Assembly: GCA_018304425.1 (NCBI GenBank)
Contig: JAGVWE010000005.1
Location: 153,534 to 217,533 of the forward strand
DNA length: 64,000 bases
Direction of reading: 5' to 3'
From: Candidatus Iainarchaeum sp.
GTDB lineage: Archaea; Iainarchaeota; Iainarchaeia; Iainarchaeales; UBA10219
A model generated the notes under the pieces. It saw nothing but the letters and a program-made list of their open reading frames with translations, ran no database searches and had not been told where the DNA came from. Position 1 is the first letter of the stretch. Each line of letters starts with the position of its first letter. This document shows, one piece after another, positions 48,295 to 56,344 of this stretch. Made by a program: the position numbers and the translations under genes.

Positions 48295-49158
48295 ATGACC
48301 GAGTGGAGCGAGTCATTGGAGCACGCGGCCAAGCAAAACAAGAGCCTGGCCTGCTTTGGCTTGGACCCCGTCATCGAGCGGATTCCCATCAAGGAAGGCA
48401 ACGCGGAACAGAAGATTGCGGGTTTTTACGGGGAAATCCTGGACGCCTGCGAGGCCGAGGACTGCCTTCCCGGGGCTGTAAAGCCCAATTACGCGTTCTT
48501 CGCCCAGTACGGGTTCGAGGGCCTGCGCGCGTTGAAAGCCGTGGTGGACCGGGCGCGGAAGACGAAGTTGCCCGTCATTTTGGACGCCAAGCGCGGCGAC
48601 ATCGGGAACTCGAGCAAGGCCTACGCCCACGAGGTCTTCGGCTTCTGGCAGGCCGACGCGGTTACTATCGCGCCCTACATGGGCTCGGATTCTGTGAAGC
48701 CCTTCATCGAGTTCTCCGAGAGACATGGCAAAGGCGTTTACGTCCTCAACCGCACGAGCAACGCGGGGGCCAAGGACTTCCAGGACCTGCCGGTAGGCGG
48801 CGGCAAGAAACTGTACTTGGTGGTGGCCGAGAAAATCGTGGAATGGGGCCTGCACGCGAAAGGCAACCTGGGCGCGGTGGTCGGGGCAACCTCTTTGGAC
48901 GAGCTCGCGGAAATCAATTCCTTTTACGCGAAAGCCAAGAACCCGGTGCCCCTGCTGATTCCCGGCGTGGGCGCGCAGGGCGCGAAGGCCGGGGACGTCG
49001 TGGCCGCGCTGAAAAAGGCTTCAAAGAACCTGGCCGTGCACCGCATCAACTCGTCGAGCGAATTGAATTACGCCTACGAAAAGCAGGGCACGAGCGACTA
49101 CGCCGGGGCCAGCGTGAAGGCGCTCAAGCACTTGAACAAGGACATCGGGTTGTTCTGA
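48295..49158 (+). CDS. pyrF: Orotidine-5'-phosphate decarboxylase (subfamily 2 type)
   Basis: GLDP, KPNYAFF, DAKRGDIGNS, PYMG, RTSN, VVGAT, PGVGAQG. Confidence 0.95.
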   Translation: MTEWSESLEHAAKQNKSLACFGLDPVIERIPIKEGNAEQKIAGFYGEILDACEAEDCLPGAVKPNYAFFAQYGFEGLRALKAVVDRARKTKLPVILDAKRGDIGNSSKAYAHEVFGFWQADAVTIAPYMGSDSVKPFIEFSERHGKGVYVLNRTSNAGAKDFQDLPVGGGKKLYLVVAEKIVEWGLHAKGNLGAVVGATSLDELAEINSFYAKAKNPVPLLIPGVGAQGAKAGDVVAALKKASKNLAVHRINSSSELNYAYEKQGTSDYAGASVKALKHLNKDIGLF

Positions 49159-49159
49159 C

Positions 49160-49906
49160 ATGGCGAGGCGAACCGTCGCCGGACTTTTCAGGGGCCGGAA
49201 ACCGCGGGCGTTGTGGGGCGGGGCAGGAAAAAGCGCGCGGGCCCGGTACAAAACCGGAAGGGGGAACATGCAGGCACGGTCTGTTCGGCACAGCCCCCGT
49301 GCAAAAGGCGTGAATGTCGCACTGGCATATCGGGAACTGATGGCCTTGGAGGAGCTCGAGAAGACGGGCGTATCGCCGAAGAAATACGATATCAATGGGG
49401 CAGGCCTCTCGACGACTCGGCCGCCGAGCAAACGCCATGTGCGGGCGCTTCGAGCGATGCGCAGTGGGGGCACCCATTGGGTGGTCGAGCATATCCTTGG
49501 CCCCATAGGAAGGAAAAGGTTCCGTCGGCTGGCCAGCGAATTGCCGGGCCTCAAGTGGGAGGAAGAGCATGAACAGCGGGATTGGTCGAAAATCTTTCCA
49601 CGGCGAGGGACACCGCGCTGGGAACACGCGAAGGAATGGGCAGGGCGGATAGTCGAAGAGGCCACGGAATTGAAAAAGGAACTGGATGAAAATTTCACGG
49701 CTTTCGCGATTGCAATCTATGAGTTGCCCGATGCTCGACGATACCGCGAAGTGAAAGACAACTTTTGGGGGACGCGAACCGAGGAAGAGGAGAGGACCCG
49801 GCGCATCAACGCCATCACCCATCACTCGAGGAGGCATGTCGGATTCCTTAATGGCTCGTTGACGGTTCTGATCGAGGAGGCGGGGAAATGGGCGGCAAGC
49901 AGATGA
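49160..49906 (+). CDS. Orphan Arg-rich hypothetical protein
   Basis: 248-aa ORF tightly coupled between pyrF and the LOG gene; atypical codon usage. Confidence 0.55.
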   Translation: MARRTVAGLFRGRKPRALWGGAGKSARARYKTGRGNMQARSVRHSPRAKGVNVALAYRELMALEELEKTGVSPKKYDINGAGLSTTRPPSKRHVRALRAMRSGGTHWVVEHILGPIGRKRFRRLASELPGLKWEEEHEQRDWSKIFPRRGTPRWEHAKEWAGRIVEEATELKKELDENFTAFAIAIYELPDARRYREVKDNFWGTRTEEEERTRRINAITHHSRRHVGFLNGSLTVLIEEAGKWAASR

Positions 49907-50433
49907 AGACCAAAATTGCGGTGGTGGGCTCGGCCGTGGACTGGCCGAAGAAGTCGGAGAAGCTGGCGCGGGAGCTGGGCCGCGAGATTGCCGCCCGCGA
50001 CTGTGTGCTGGTTACCGGCGCGACCACGGGCCTCACGTACGAGGCCGTGAAGGGAGCCAAAGAGCGGCGCGGGTTCGTGCTGGGCATCTCCCCGGCCGCC
50101 AGCGAGCAGGAACACGTGGAGGCCTATGGCAAGCCCACAGAGGGCTTCGACATAATCGTGTTCACGGGCGTGGGCTTGATCGGCCGCAACAGCACCATCA
50201 TCCGGACCGCGGACGCCGTGATAGTCGTTGGAGGCCAGGCGGGAACCCTGAACGAGTTCACCGTGGCCAGCGTCGAGGGAAAGGTCATCGGGGTGTTGAA
50301 GGGCAGCGGCCAAATCGCGGAAATGCTGCCGGAAATCGCACGGGCCTGCGGCACGGACGCCGGCAAACTGGTGGTCGAGAAAGAGCCGGCCCGGCTGGTG
50401 GCAAGGGTGCTGCAAAGGATTAAAAACCGGTAA
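49903..50433 (+). CDS. LOG/TIGR00725-like nucleotide-binding protein
   Basis: IAVVGS, VTGATTG, GISP, GRN, GGQAGTLNE. Confidence 0.85.
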   Translation: MKTKIAVVGSAVDWPKKSEKLARELGREIAARDCVLVTGATTGLTYEAVKGAKERRGFVLGISPAASEQEHVEAYGKPTEGFDIIVFTGVGLIGRNSTIIRTADAVIVVGGQAGTLNEFTVASVEGKVIGVLKGSGQIAEMLPEIARACGTDAGKLVVEKEPARLVARVLQRIKNR

Positions 50434-50455
50434 AACATTGTAAGTAGGGATACCG

Positions 50456-51991
50456 ATGCAGTACGTCCACAAGCTGAAGACCAAGTGCCTGGACTTGGAG
50501 GCCGGCAAACTGGTTGCACTCCTCCATGAGCACGACGCCAAGCAGCTCGGCATCCTGCCCCTGGACCGCATCGAAATCAGGAACCCGCTGACCGGCAAGG
50601 CGGTTGTTACCGTCGTGGACACCACCCAGACCATGGTGAGGGCAGGGGAAATCGGGATTTTCCGGGATGTTTCCGCGTCCCTGGACGGCTTCAAGGACCA
50701 CTGTGACCTCGACATCGTGGAAGTGCGCGTGGTGCCCCAGCCGCAGAGCGTGGGCTTCATCAAGAAGAAGATGGATGGCGTGAAGCTGGCCGACGCGGAA
50801 ATCAAGGCGATTGTGGCCGACATCGCGGTCAACAAGCTCTCGGAAATCGAGGCAACGGCCTTCGTTTCCGCGGTGTACATGCGGGGCTTCGACCTCGAGG
50901 AAACGGTTTCCATGACCAAGGCCCTGGTGGGCAACGGTGGCAGGATGCAGTTGAAGCACGGCCCGGTATTGGACAAGCATTCCGTGGGCGGCCTGAACGG
51001 CCGGGCAACCATGATTATCGTGCCCATCGTGGCCGCGGCCGGGTATTACGTGCCGAAAACCTCTTCTCGGTCGATTACTTCGGCGGCGGGAACCGCGGAC
51101 GCCATGGAAGTGCTGGCCTCCGTGAACCTCAGCAAAGCGGACATCAAGCGCATCACCGAGGAAGTGGGCGCGGTCATCACCTGGGGCGGCGCCGTGGACC
51201 TGGCGCCGGCGGACGATAAAATCATCAAGATCGAGCACCCGCTCTCGCTCGACCCCGAAGGGCAGGTGATTGCTTCCGTGCTCGCGAAGAAGGCCTCGGT
51301 GGGCGCGGAGTACGTCGTGATTGATTTGCCCATCGGCCCGGAAGTGAAAATCAAGTCCAAGGAAAGGGGCGAGGAGATGGCGAAGAAGTTCGTGGTCGTG
51401 GGCAAGGCCGTGGGAATGAAGGTAGAGGCCGTGCTGACGGACGGGAGGGCTCCCAGCGGCCCCGCGTTCGGCCCCGCCCTCGAAGCGCGGCACGTGCTTG
51501 AAATCCTGGAGGGCAAGGCCTGGAACAACCTGGCCGAGAAGAGTTGTGAGATGGCTGGAACCATGCTCGAACTCGTGGGAAAATGTAAGGACGGCGACGG
51601 GTACAAACTGGCCAAGGAAATCCTCGTCTCCGGCAAGGCCCTCGCCAAGATGAAGGAAATCATCCGCGCGCAAAGCGGGGGCACGGGCATCACCGCTTCC
51701 AAGGACGTGCCCGCGGCGAAATTGGTGGAAAGGATCTGCACCGACCAGGATGGGGAAATCGCCACCATCAACGTGCGTTCGCTCATCAACATCGCGCGCA
51801 TTGCGGGGGCGCCGGCCGACAAGCTGGCGGGGGTGTGGCTCCACGTGAGCGCGGAATCGAAGGTGAAAAAAGGGGGTTGCCTGTTCGAAATCCACGCCGA
51901 AAACAAGGAGAAGCTGGGCCTGGCCGTGAAGATTGCGAAGACCAGCCCCCTCATCGAACTGGAACGGTCGATTATCGAGAAGTTCGAGTGA
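50456..51991 (+). CDS. AMP phosphorylase (thymidine phosphorylase family, archaeal type)
   Basis: N-terminal beta-barrel extension, DKHSVGG, PKTSSRSITSAAGTAD, APADD, ASVLAKK. Confidence 0.93.
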   Translation: MQYVHKLKTKCLDLEAGKLVALLHEHDAKQLGILPLDRIEIRNPLTGKAVVTVVDTTQTMVRAGEIGIFRDVSASLDGFKDHCDLDIVEVRVVPQPQSVGFIKKKMDGVKLADAEIKAIVADIAVNKLSEIEATAFVSAVYMRGFDLEETVSMTKALVGNGGRMQLKHGPVLDKHSVGGLNGRATMIIVPIVAAAGYYVPKTSSRSITSAAGTADAMEVLASVNLSKADIKRITEEVGAVITWGGAVDLAPADDKIIKIEHPLSLDPEGQVIASVLAKKASVGAEYVVIDLPIGPEVKIKSKERGEEMAKKFVVVGKAVGMKVEAVLTDGRAPSGPAFGPALEARHVLEILEGKAWNNLAEKSCEMAGTMLELVGKCKDGDGYKLAKEILVSGKALAKMKEIIRAQSGGTGITASKDVPAAKLVERICTDQDGEIATINVRSLINIARIAGAPADKLAGVWLHVSAESKVKKGGCLFEIHAENKEKLGLAVKIAKTSPLIELERSIIEKFE

Positions 51992-52002
51992 GGGCGAACG
52001 AC

Positions 52003-52060
52003 TATTTATGTCCCATCGCAGATGGGACGACGTAGCGTGTGCAGCCGGCACTAGCCGGCT
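52003..52060. repeat. Dispersed two-hairpin repeat family A, copy 3
   Basis: TATTTAT-GTCCCATC-GCA-GATGGGAC-GACGTAGCGTGTGC-AGCCGGC-ACTA-GCCGGCT; overlaps the rsmA stop codon. Confidence 0.85.
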
Positions 52061-52887
52061 TCGCACAAGCTTTTATAGAGTTCCACGAAGTCCGCCGTGC
52101 CCAGCAGGTAGACCTTCTCGCCCGGGATTTCCGCGGCCGCGAGCCTTTTTTCAAACGATTTTTGGTCAGCCCAGCCGAACAAGTCCTTGAGGAAGGGATA
52201 GCTCAGGCGCAGGGAATTGAGCAAGGCCTTGTTCTTGAAGCGGAACAGGCAGCCCACGAACTTGCGGAACCGGGCTTCGTCTTGGACGGGCTTGAACCGC
52301 TTTTTGCACGTCAGCTTGACCATGGAGGAAAACGATTGCGGCCTCGGAAAGAAGCTGTCGGGCGTTATTTTTTCGACCAGCACTTTCGGCGCAAAATAAT
52401 AGTGGGCGAGCGCGGCCAATGCATTGTATTCGCTGAGGCCGGGGAAGGCGGTCAGTTTTTCCACGAACTCTTTTTGGAAGACCAGGACGGCTGAATCGAA
52501 CTCGCATTCCATGAGCATGAAGACCAGGTCATGGGAAATGGTGTAAGGCGGCAGCGAGACTATTTTCGTGAACCGCGGCAGCCTGGCCTCGAGGAAATCG
52601 GCTTGTAGGAGGGAAAGGTTTTCCTGCGGCAATTCGTGGCGGAGGACTTCCACCATTTTGGGGTCTGCCTCGACGGCCACGACCTTGCAGGACCCGAGCA
52701 GGGCCCGCGTGAGGAAGCCGGTGCCCGGGCCTATCTCCAGCACGGTGTCCTTGGAGGAGAGCCTGGCTTCTTCCACCAGCCGGTTGATGAGGTTCTGGTC
52801 GGTGACAAAGTGCTGGGAAAGCCGTTTCTCGGGCTTGAACCGGTATTTGACCATTAACCGGTTGAGTTCCACGAACAAGGGATTCAT
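52051..52887 (-). CDS. rsmA: 16S rRNA dimethyladenosine transferase KsgA/Dim1
   Basis: LSQHF, LEIGPGTG, PPYTIS, FQKEF, FFPRP; rpl21e-rpoF-DUF655-ksgA synteny. Confidence 0.93.
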   Translation of the reverse strand: MNPLFVELNRLMVKYRFKPEKRLSQHFVTDQNLINRLVEEARLSSKDTVLEIGPGTGFLTRALLGSCKVVAVEADPKMVEVLRHELPQENLSLLQADFLEARLPRFTKIVSLPPYTISHDLVFMLMECEFDSAVLVFQKEFVEKLTAFPGLSEYNALAALAHYYFAPKVLVEKITPDSFFPRPQSFSSMVKLTCKKRFKPVQDEARFRKFVGCLFRFKNKALLNSLRLSYPFLKDLFGWADQKSFEKRLAAAEIPGEKVYLLGTADFVELYKSLCEAG

Positions 52888-52901
52888 GAAGGGAATACGG
52901 C

Positions 52902-53468
52902 TTAAAACCTTTTAAGGGGTTTTGCCTGGGACGGGGGCCTCGAAAAAAGGTAGTGCCTGACGTCCTCGCGCTCCAGCTCGTCGACCACCCGTTTGATGAT
53001 GAGCTTGACCGGGTCAGGCATGAGGTGAACCCTCTTCACGAGGTCCTCAAAGGAAGCGAAAGGCGTTTTCTCGCGTTCCTCCAAGATGCAGAACAAATGC
53101 TTTTTGCCGAGGCCCGGCAGCAATTCGAGCTGGTGCCGCTTGATGGTGATGGGCCTCGACTGGTTGAAGAAGGCCACGTACTTGGCCTCGTCTCCTTTCA
53201 CCAGTTTTTCGACGGCCTTTTCGAGTTCCATCTGGGCCGTGTTGGTGAGCTCCTTGAAGGGGACGCGGCGCTTGATGTAATCGATTTTGTCCCGCTCGTC
53301 TTTGCCCACGTAGACCTCTTCCTGGATTTTCAGGTCGGCCTTGGGCACGACTTCGAGGAGGGTAAAGTAACTGGTTCCCAGCAACTGGGCCAGGGGCTCG
53401 GTCTTGTAGCCCGTGCTCTTGCCTCGCGGCAAGTAATCCAGGACAATGGCGCGCTCTTCGGCCTGCAT
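52902..53468 (-). CDS. DUF655 putative RNA-binding protein
   Basis: VLDYLPRG, FTLLE, RHQLELLPGLGKK, FASFEDL; conserved synteny. Confidence 0.9.
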   Translation of the reverse strand: MQAEERAIVLDYLPRGKSTGYKTEPLAQLLGTSYFTLLEVVPKADLKIQEEVYVGKDERDKIDYIKRRVPFKELTNTAQMELEKAVEKLVKGDEAKYVAFFNQSRPITIKRHQLELLPGLGKKHLFCILEEREKTPFASFEDLVKRVHLMPDPVKLIIKRVVDELEREDVRHYLFSRPPSQAKPLKRF

Positions 53469-53493
53469 GCGTTCCCCCCTCTCCCTGCGGCGA

Positions 53494-53844
53494 CTACTTC
53501 AACTGCTTCTTGACCAACTCAAGGGCCTTGCCCAGGTCCTCGTCTGTTCCCTTGAAGGTCTTGGGCACCAAAAGCTTCAGCCGCTCCAGGCTCTCAGGCA
53601 TGATGTCCACGATTTTGACCGCAAACGCCTCGTCAATGGAGGGGCTTTCCTTCGAAGGGATTTCCTTCAATTCCTCCAAGAGCTTCTGGCCCTTGGACTT
53701 CGAGACCCGGCAAAGCTTTTTCGCGTACTCGCTGGCGAGGTTCTGTTCATAGGTCAACTCGCCTTCCTCGCTGCGCGCCTTCAGGATTTCCTTGACTTCG
53801 AACATGGGCACGTAGCTGGTGGAAAGGACTTTCTTGCCAATCAT
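53494..53844 (-). CDS. rpoF: RNA polymerase subunit F (Rpo4)
   Basis: MIGKK, ELTYEQ..EYA, KIVDIMP. Confidence 0.9.
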   Translation of the reverse strand: MIGKKVLSTSYVPMFEVKEILKARSEEGELTYEQNLASEYAKKLCRVSKSKGQKLLEELKEIPSKESPSIDEAFAVKIVDIMPESLERLKLLVPKTFKGTDEDLGKALELVKKQLK

Positions 53845-54170
53845 GCCATCGCCTCCGCTTTGACTGCTTTACTGGCTTCGACCGGCCGGATGACCCTCAA
53901 GTGAGCGGAGTTGACGATGAGCTTGCACGACTGGTTGCCCTGCAGGACTTCCATGAGGTAGGCCCTGCCCCGCTTGCCCGTGACCACGCCGGTCTTGCCC
54001 TGGAAGCGGCGGTGCGGCATGCCCGAGTGGATGCTTGAATCAATGTTGACCTGGACGTGCGCGCCCGCCGGGATCTCGAGCAACAACTTGTTCACGGAGA
54101 CCTTGGAACCCTTTCCCCGCTTGAGGTTACGGGTTTTCGCGTTCACGCCGCGTGCTTTCTTGCTTGCCAT
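53841..54170 (-). CDS. rpl21e: 50S ribosomal protein L21e
   Basis: KTR, GMPHRRFQGKTG.V, AHLR; ATG at 54170 after a GGTGGT RBS. Confidence 0.93.
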   Translation of the reverse strand: MASKKARGVNAKTRNLKRGKGSKVSVNKLLLEIPAGAHVQVNIDSSIHSGMPHRRFQGKTGVVTGKRGRAYLMEVLQGNQSCKLIVNSAHLRVIRPVEASKAVKAEAMA

Positions 54171-54305
54171 GTGCCTACCACCTGAAATAGCCTGAAGCCT
54201 ACCTGAATCAAAACCTGAATAAGCAAGTATACCCTGCAAACGCTTAAAAGCCTTCGTAGGGTGCCCTAAAAGCCCGACAAGGACGGTTTGGACAGGCCCT
54301 GGAGG

Positions 54306-54388
54306 GTATTTAAATAGGTTTTTAAATACTTGCGCGGCGTTTATATAGGAGTTCATTTTTTCCCTATGGAGAATGAACGGTTTAAATA
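54306..54388 (+). promoter_or_regulatory. Cluster of four TATA-like boxes upstream of tbp
   Basis: TTTAAATA 54309, TTTAAATA 54321, TTTATATA 54340, TTTAAATA 54381. Confidence 0.6.
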
Positions 54389-54400
54389 GGGGGGTTCCTT

Positions 54401-54952
54401 ATCACTGGCAAACAACTTCCATACCAAATCGTCAACCTCGTGGCTTCCGCGAACCTGAATGCCACGCTCGACTTGTATAACCTGGCCATCACGATTCCCA
54501 ACATCGAGTACGAGCCCGAACAGTTTCCGGGCGCGATTCTGAAGCTCAAGGAGCCCAAGGTCTCGATGCTGTTGTTCAAGAACGGGAAAGTCATCTGCTC
54601 GGGGGCCAGCAACGAGAAGGAAATCGTGCTGGGCGTCATGAAGGCAAGCAAGCTCATCCACGAAATCCAGAAGAACGTGAAAATCCAGAAGGACCCGGAG
54701 TACCAGGTCGTCAACCTGGTCGCGACCGCGAACCTGAACACCACGCTGGACCTGTTCAAGACCGCGATGTCCCTGGACAACGTGGAATACGAGCCCGAAC
54801 AGTTTCCGGGCGCGATTCTGCGCATCAACGACCCCAAGCTGACCCTGCTGCTGTTCAAGAACGGCAAGCTCATCTGCGCGGGAGCCAAGAAAGAGGAGTT
54901 CCTGAAGAAGGGCCTGAAGAAGGCCGCGGAACTCATCAAGGGCATCAAGTAG
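54401..54952 (+). CDS. tbp: TATA-box-binding protein (start codon uncertain)
   Basis: Two repeats YQ(I/V)VNLVA.ANL..EYEPEQFPGAIL..LLFKNGK; the first repeat begins upstream of the GTG at 54440. Confidence 0.95.
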   Translation: MTGKQLPYQIVNLVASANLNATLDLYNLAITIPNIEYEPEQFPGAILKLKEPKVSMLLFKNGKVICSGASNEKEIVLGVMKASKLIHEIQKNVKIQKDPEYQVVNLVATANLNTTLDLFKTAMSLDNVEYEPEQFPGAILRINDPKLTLLLFKNGKLICAGAKKEEFLKKGLKKAAELIKGIK

Positions 54953-54984
54953 CCCACGAGAGCGGCTGGCCTTGAAGGGCAAGC

Positions 54985-55503
54985 CTATTTCTTCCGCAGC
55001 TCGATGCGCATGGAGTTGGCACGCAGGAACTTGTTGAGGTATTCCTCGTAGAAGCGCGGCCACCGGTTGGCCAGAAAGTTGATCAGGCGGCGCAGGGGAT
55101 AGAAGCCCGAGTTGCAGCCCAGGAACCTCCGCACGATTTCGAACCGCGCCGTCGTGTAAAAGTTGTACTCGTTGCCATCCGTGAAATAAGTGAACGTGTC
55201 ATAGGCGAAGAAGTGCTTGTTGGTCGGGTCGTTGAAGGCCTGGTAGTGCGCGTAATAGGGCACCTTGATCACGAGGCGGCCGCCTGGCTTCAGGACGCGG
55301 TGGATTTCCTCGGTGAGTTTCACGACGTCCTGGCAGTGCTCGTAGAACCAGCAGCAAACCGCTTCGTCCACGCAGTTGTCCGCCAGGGGAATGCCCCGGT
55401 CCAGGTCGCATACGATGTCCACGCCCGGCAGCCTGGCCCGGTCGAGCCCCAGGCAGTCTGCTTCCTTTTTCTTGCCGCAGGCCAGGTCGATTCTGAGGGG
55501 CAT
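54985..55503 (-). CDS. Short class I SAM-dependent methyltransferase
   Basis: DLACG, EH, RVLKPGG, VPY, DPT. Confidence 0.85.
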   Translation of the reverse strand: MPLRIDLACGKKKEADCLGLDRARLPGVDIVCDLDRGIPLADNCVDEAVCCWFYEHCQDVVKLTEEIHRVLKPGGRLVIKVPYYAHYQAFNDPTNKHFFAYDTFTYFTDGNEYNFYTTARFEIVRRFLGCNSGFYPLRRLINFLANRWPRFYEEYLNKFLRANSMRIELRKK

Positions 55504-55554
55504 CCAAGAAAGGGGGCGAGGGTAAGCCTTTTAAAGCCTGCGGGAGCCAATGAT

Positions 55555-55679
55555 AGTGATTAGCGGCCATAGCGGCAGGGAAACACCTGGTCTCATTTCG
55601 AACCCAGAAGTTAAGCCTGCCAGCGCCGGAAGCGGCACTGGTCTTTGTGACCGGAGCCCTTTGGACGCTGCTAATCACT
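55555..55679 (+). rRNA. rrf: 5S rRNA (unlinked)
   Basis: Helix I AGTGATTAGCGGC/GCTGCTAATCACT, GGCCATAGCGG, CACC, CATTTCGAAC, GAAGTTAAGC; ends approximate. Confidence 0.92.
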
Positions 55680-55710
55680 TATACTTCTTCTTTTCAGGTC
55701 TCACGGCCTG

Positions 55711-56211
55711 CTACCCGAGCTTCTGTAGTTTGACGAGGACTTCCGAGCACGGGAAAAACCACTCGTAATAGCGGGGGAACAGGTTGAGGAAGGCATCCAA
55801 GACCGTGTCCTTGCCGCCCAAAAACCGCAACCGGTTCTGCAAGACCCTGAACCCACCGATGGTTTGCCGGACAAAGCCCTCGTTGAGGACATCCTGGTCA
55901 AAGGACACCCACGCAAAATAGCTTTGGTGGTCGAGGTGGTGGGCGAGGCCCGAGGACTTGTGGGGCACCACCAATTCAAGGACGCCGCCCACCTTTAAGA
56001 CGCGGTTGGCTTCGCCCAGGAAAGCCATGCGGTCCCGGAGGTGCTCGAGGACGTGGCTCAGGTAAACGTGTTCCGCGACCCCGGCCTTGAACGGCAGGGG
56101 CCGGTCCAAGTCCGCGACTACAGTGGTGCCTGGAAACCGGAGGTTGTCCACGTTCACATATCCCGGCCTGGGCTTTTCACCGGAACCCAGGTTTAAGCGA
56201 ATGGAAGCCAT
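55711..56211 (-). CDS. Short class I SAM-dependent methyltransferase
   Basis: LNLGSG, NVD, ADLD, SHVLEH, RVLKVGG, VPH. Confidence 0.85.
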   Translation of the reverse strand: MASIRLNLGSGEKPRPGYVNVDNLRFPGTTVVADLDRPLPFKAGVAEHVYLSHVLEHLRDRMAFLGEANRVLKVGGVLELVVPHKSSGLAHHLDHQSYFAWVSFDQDVLNEGFVRQTIGGFRVLQNRLRFLGGKDTVLDAFLNLFPRYYEWFFPCSEVLVKLQKLG

Positions 56212-56344
56212 TCAATCAAGTTGCTGGGCCAATATATTAATTAACCTAACCCAAGTCAATCCATAGCCGTTTGCGTCCGGCTGTGACGCATACATGTCCT
56301 GCCTCGTTATACTCGGCAGGGTGGTAATATTCACGGGTGCAGGA

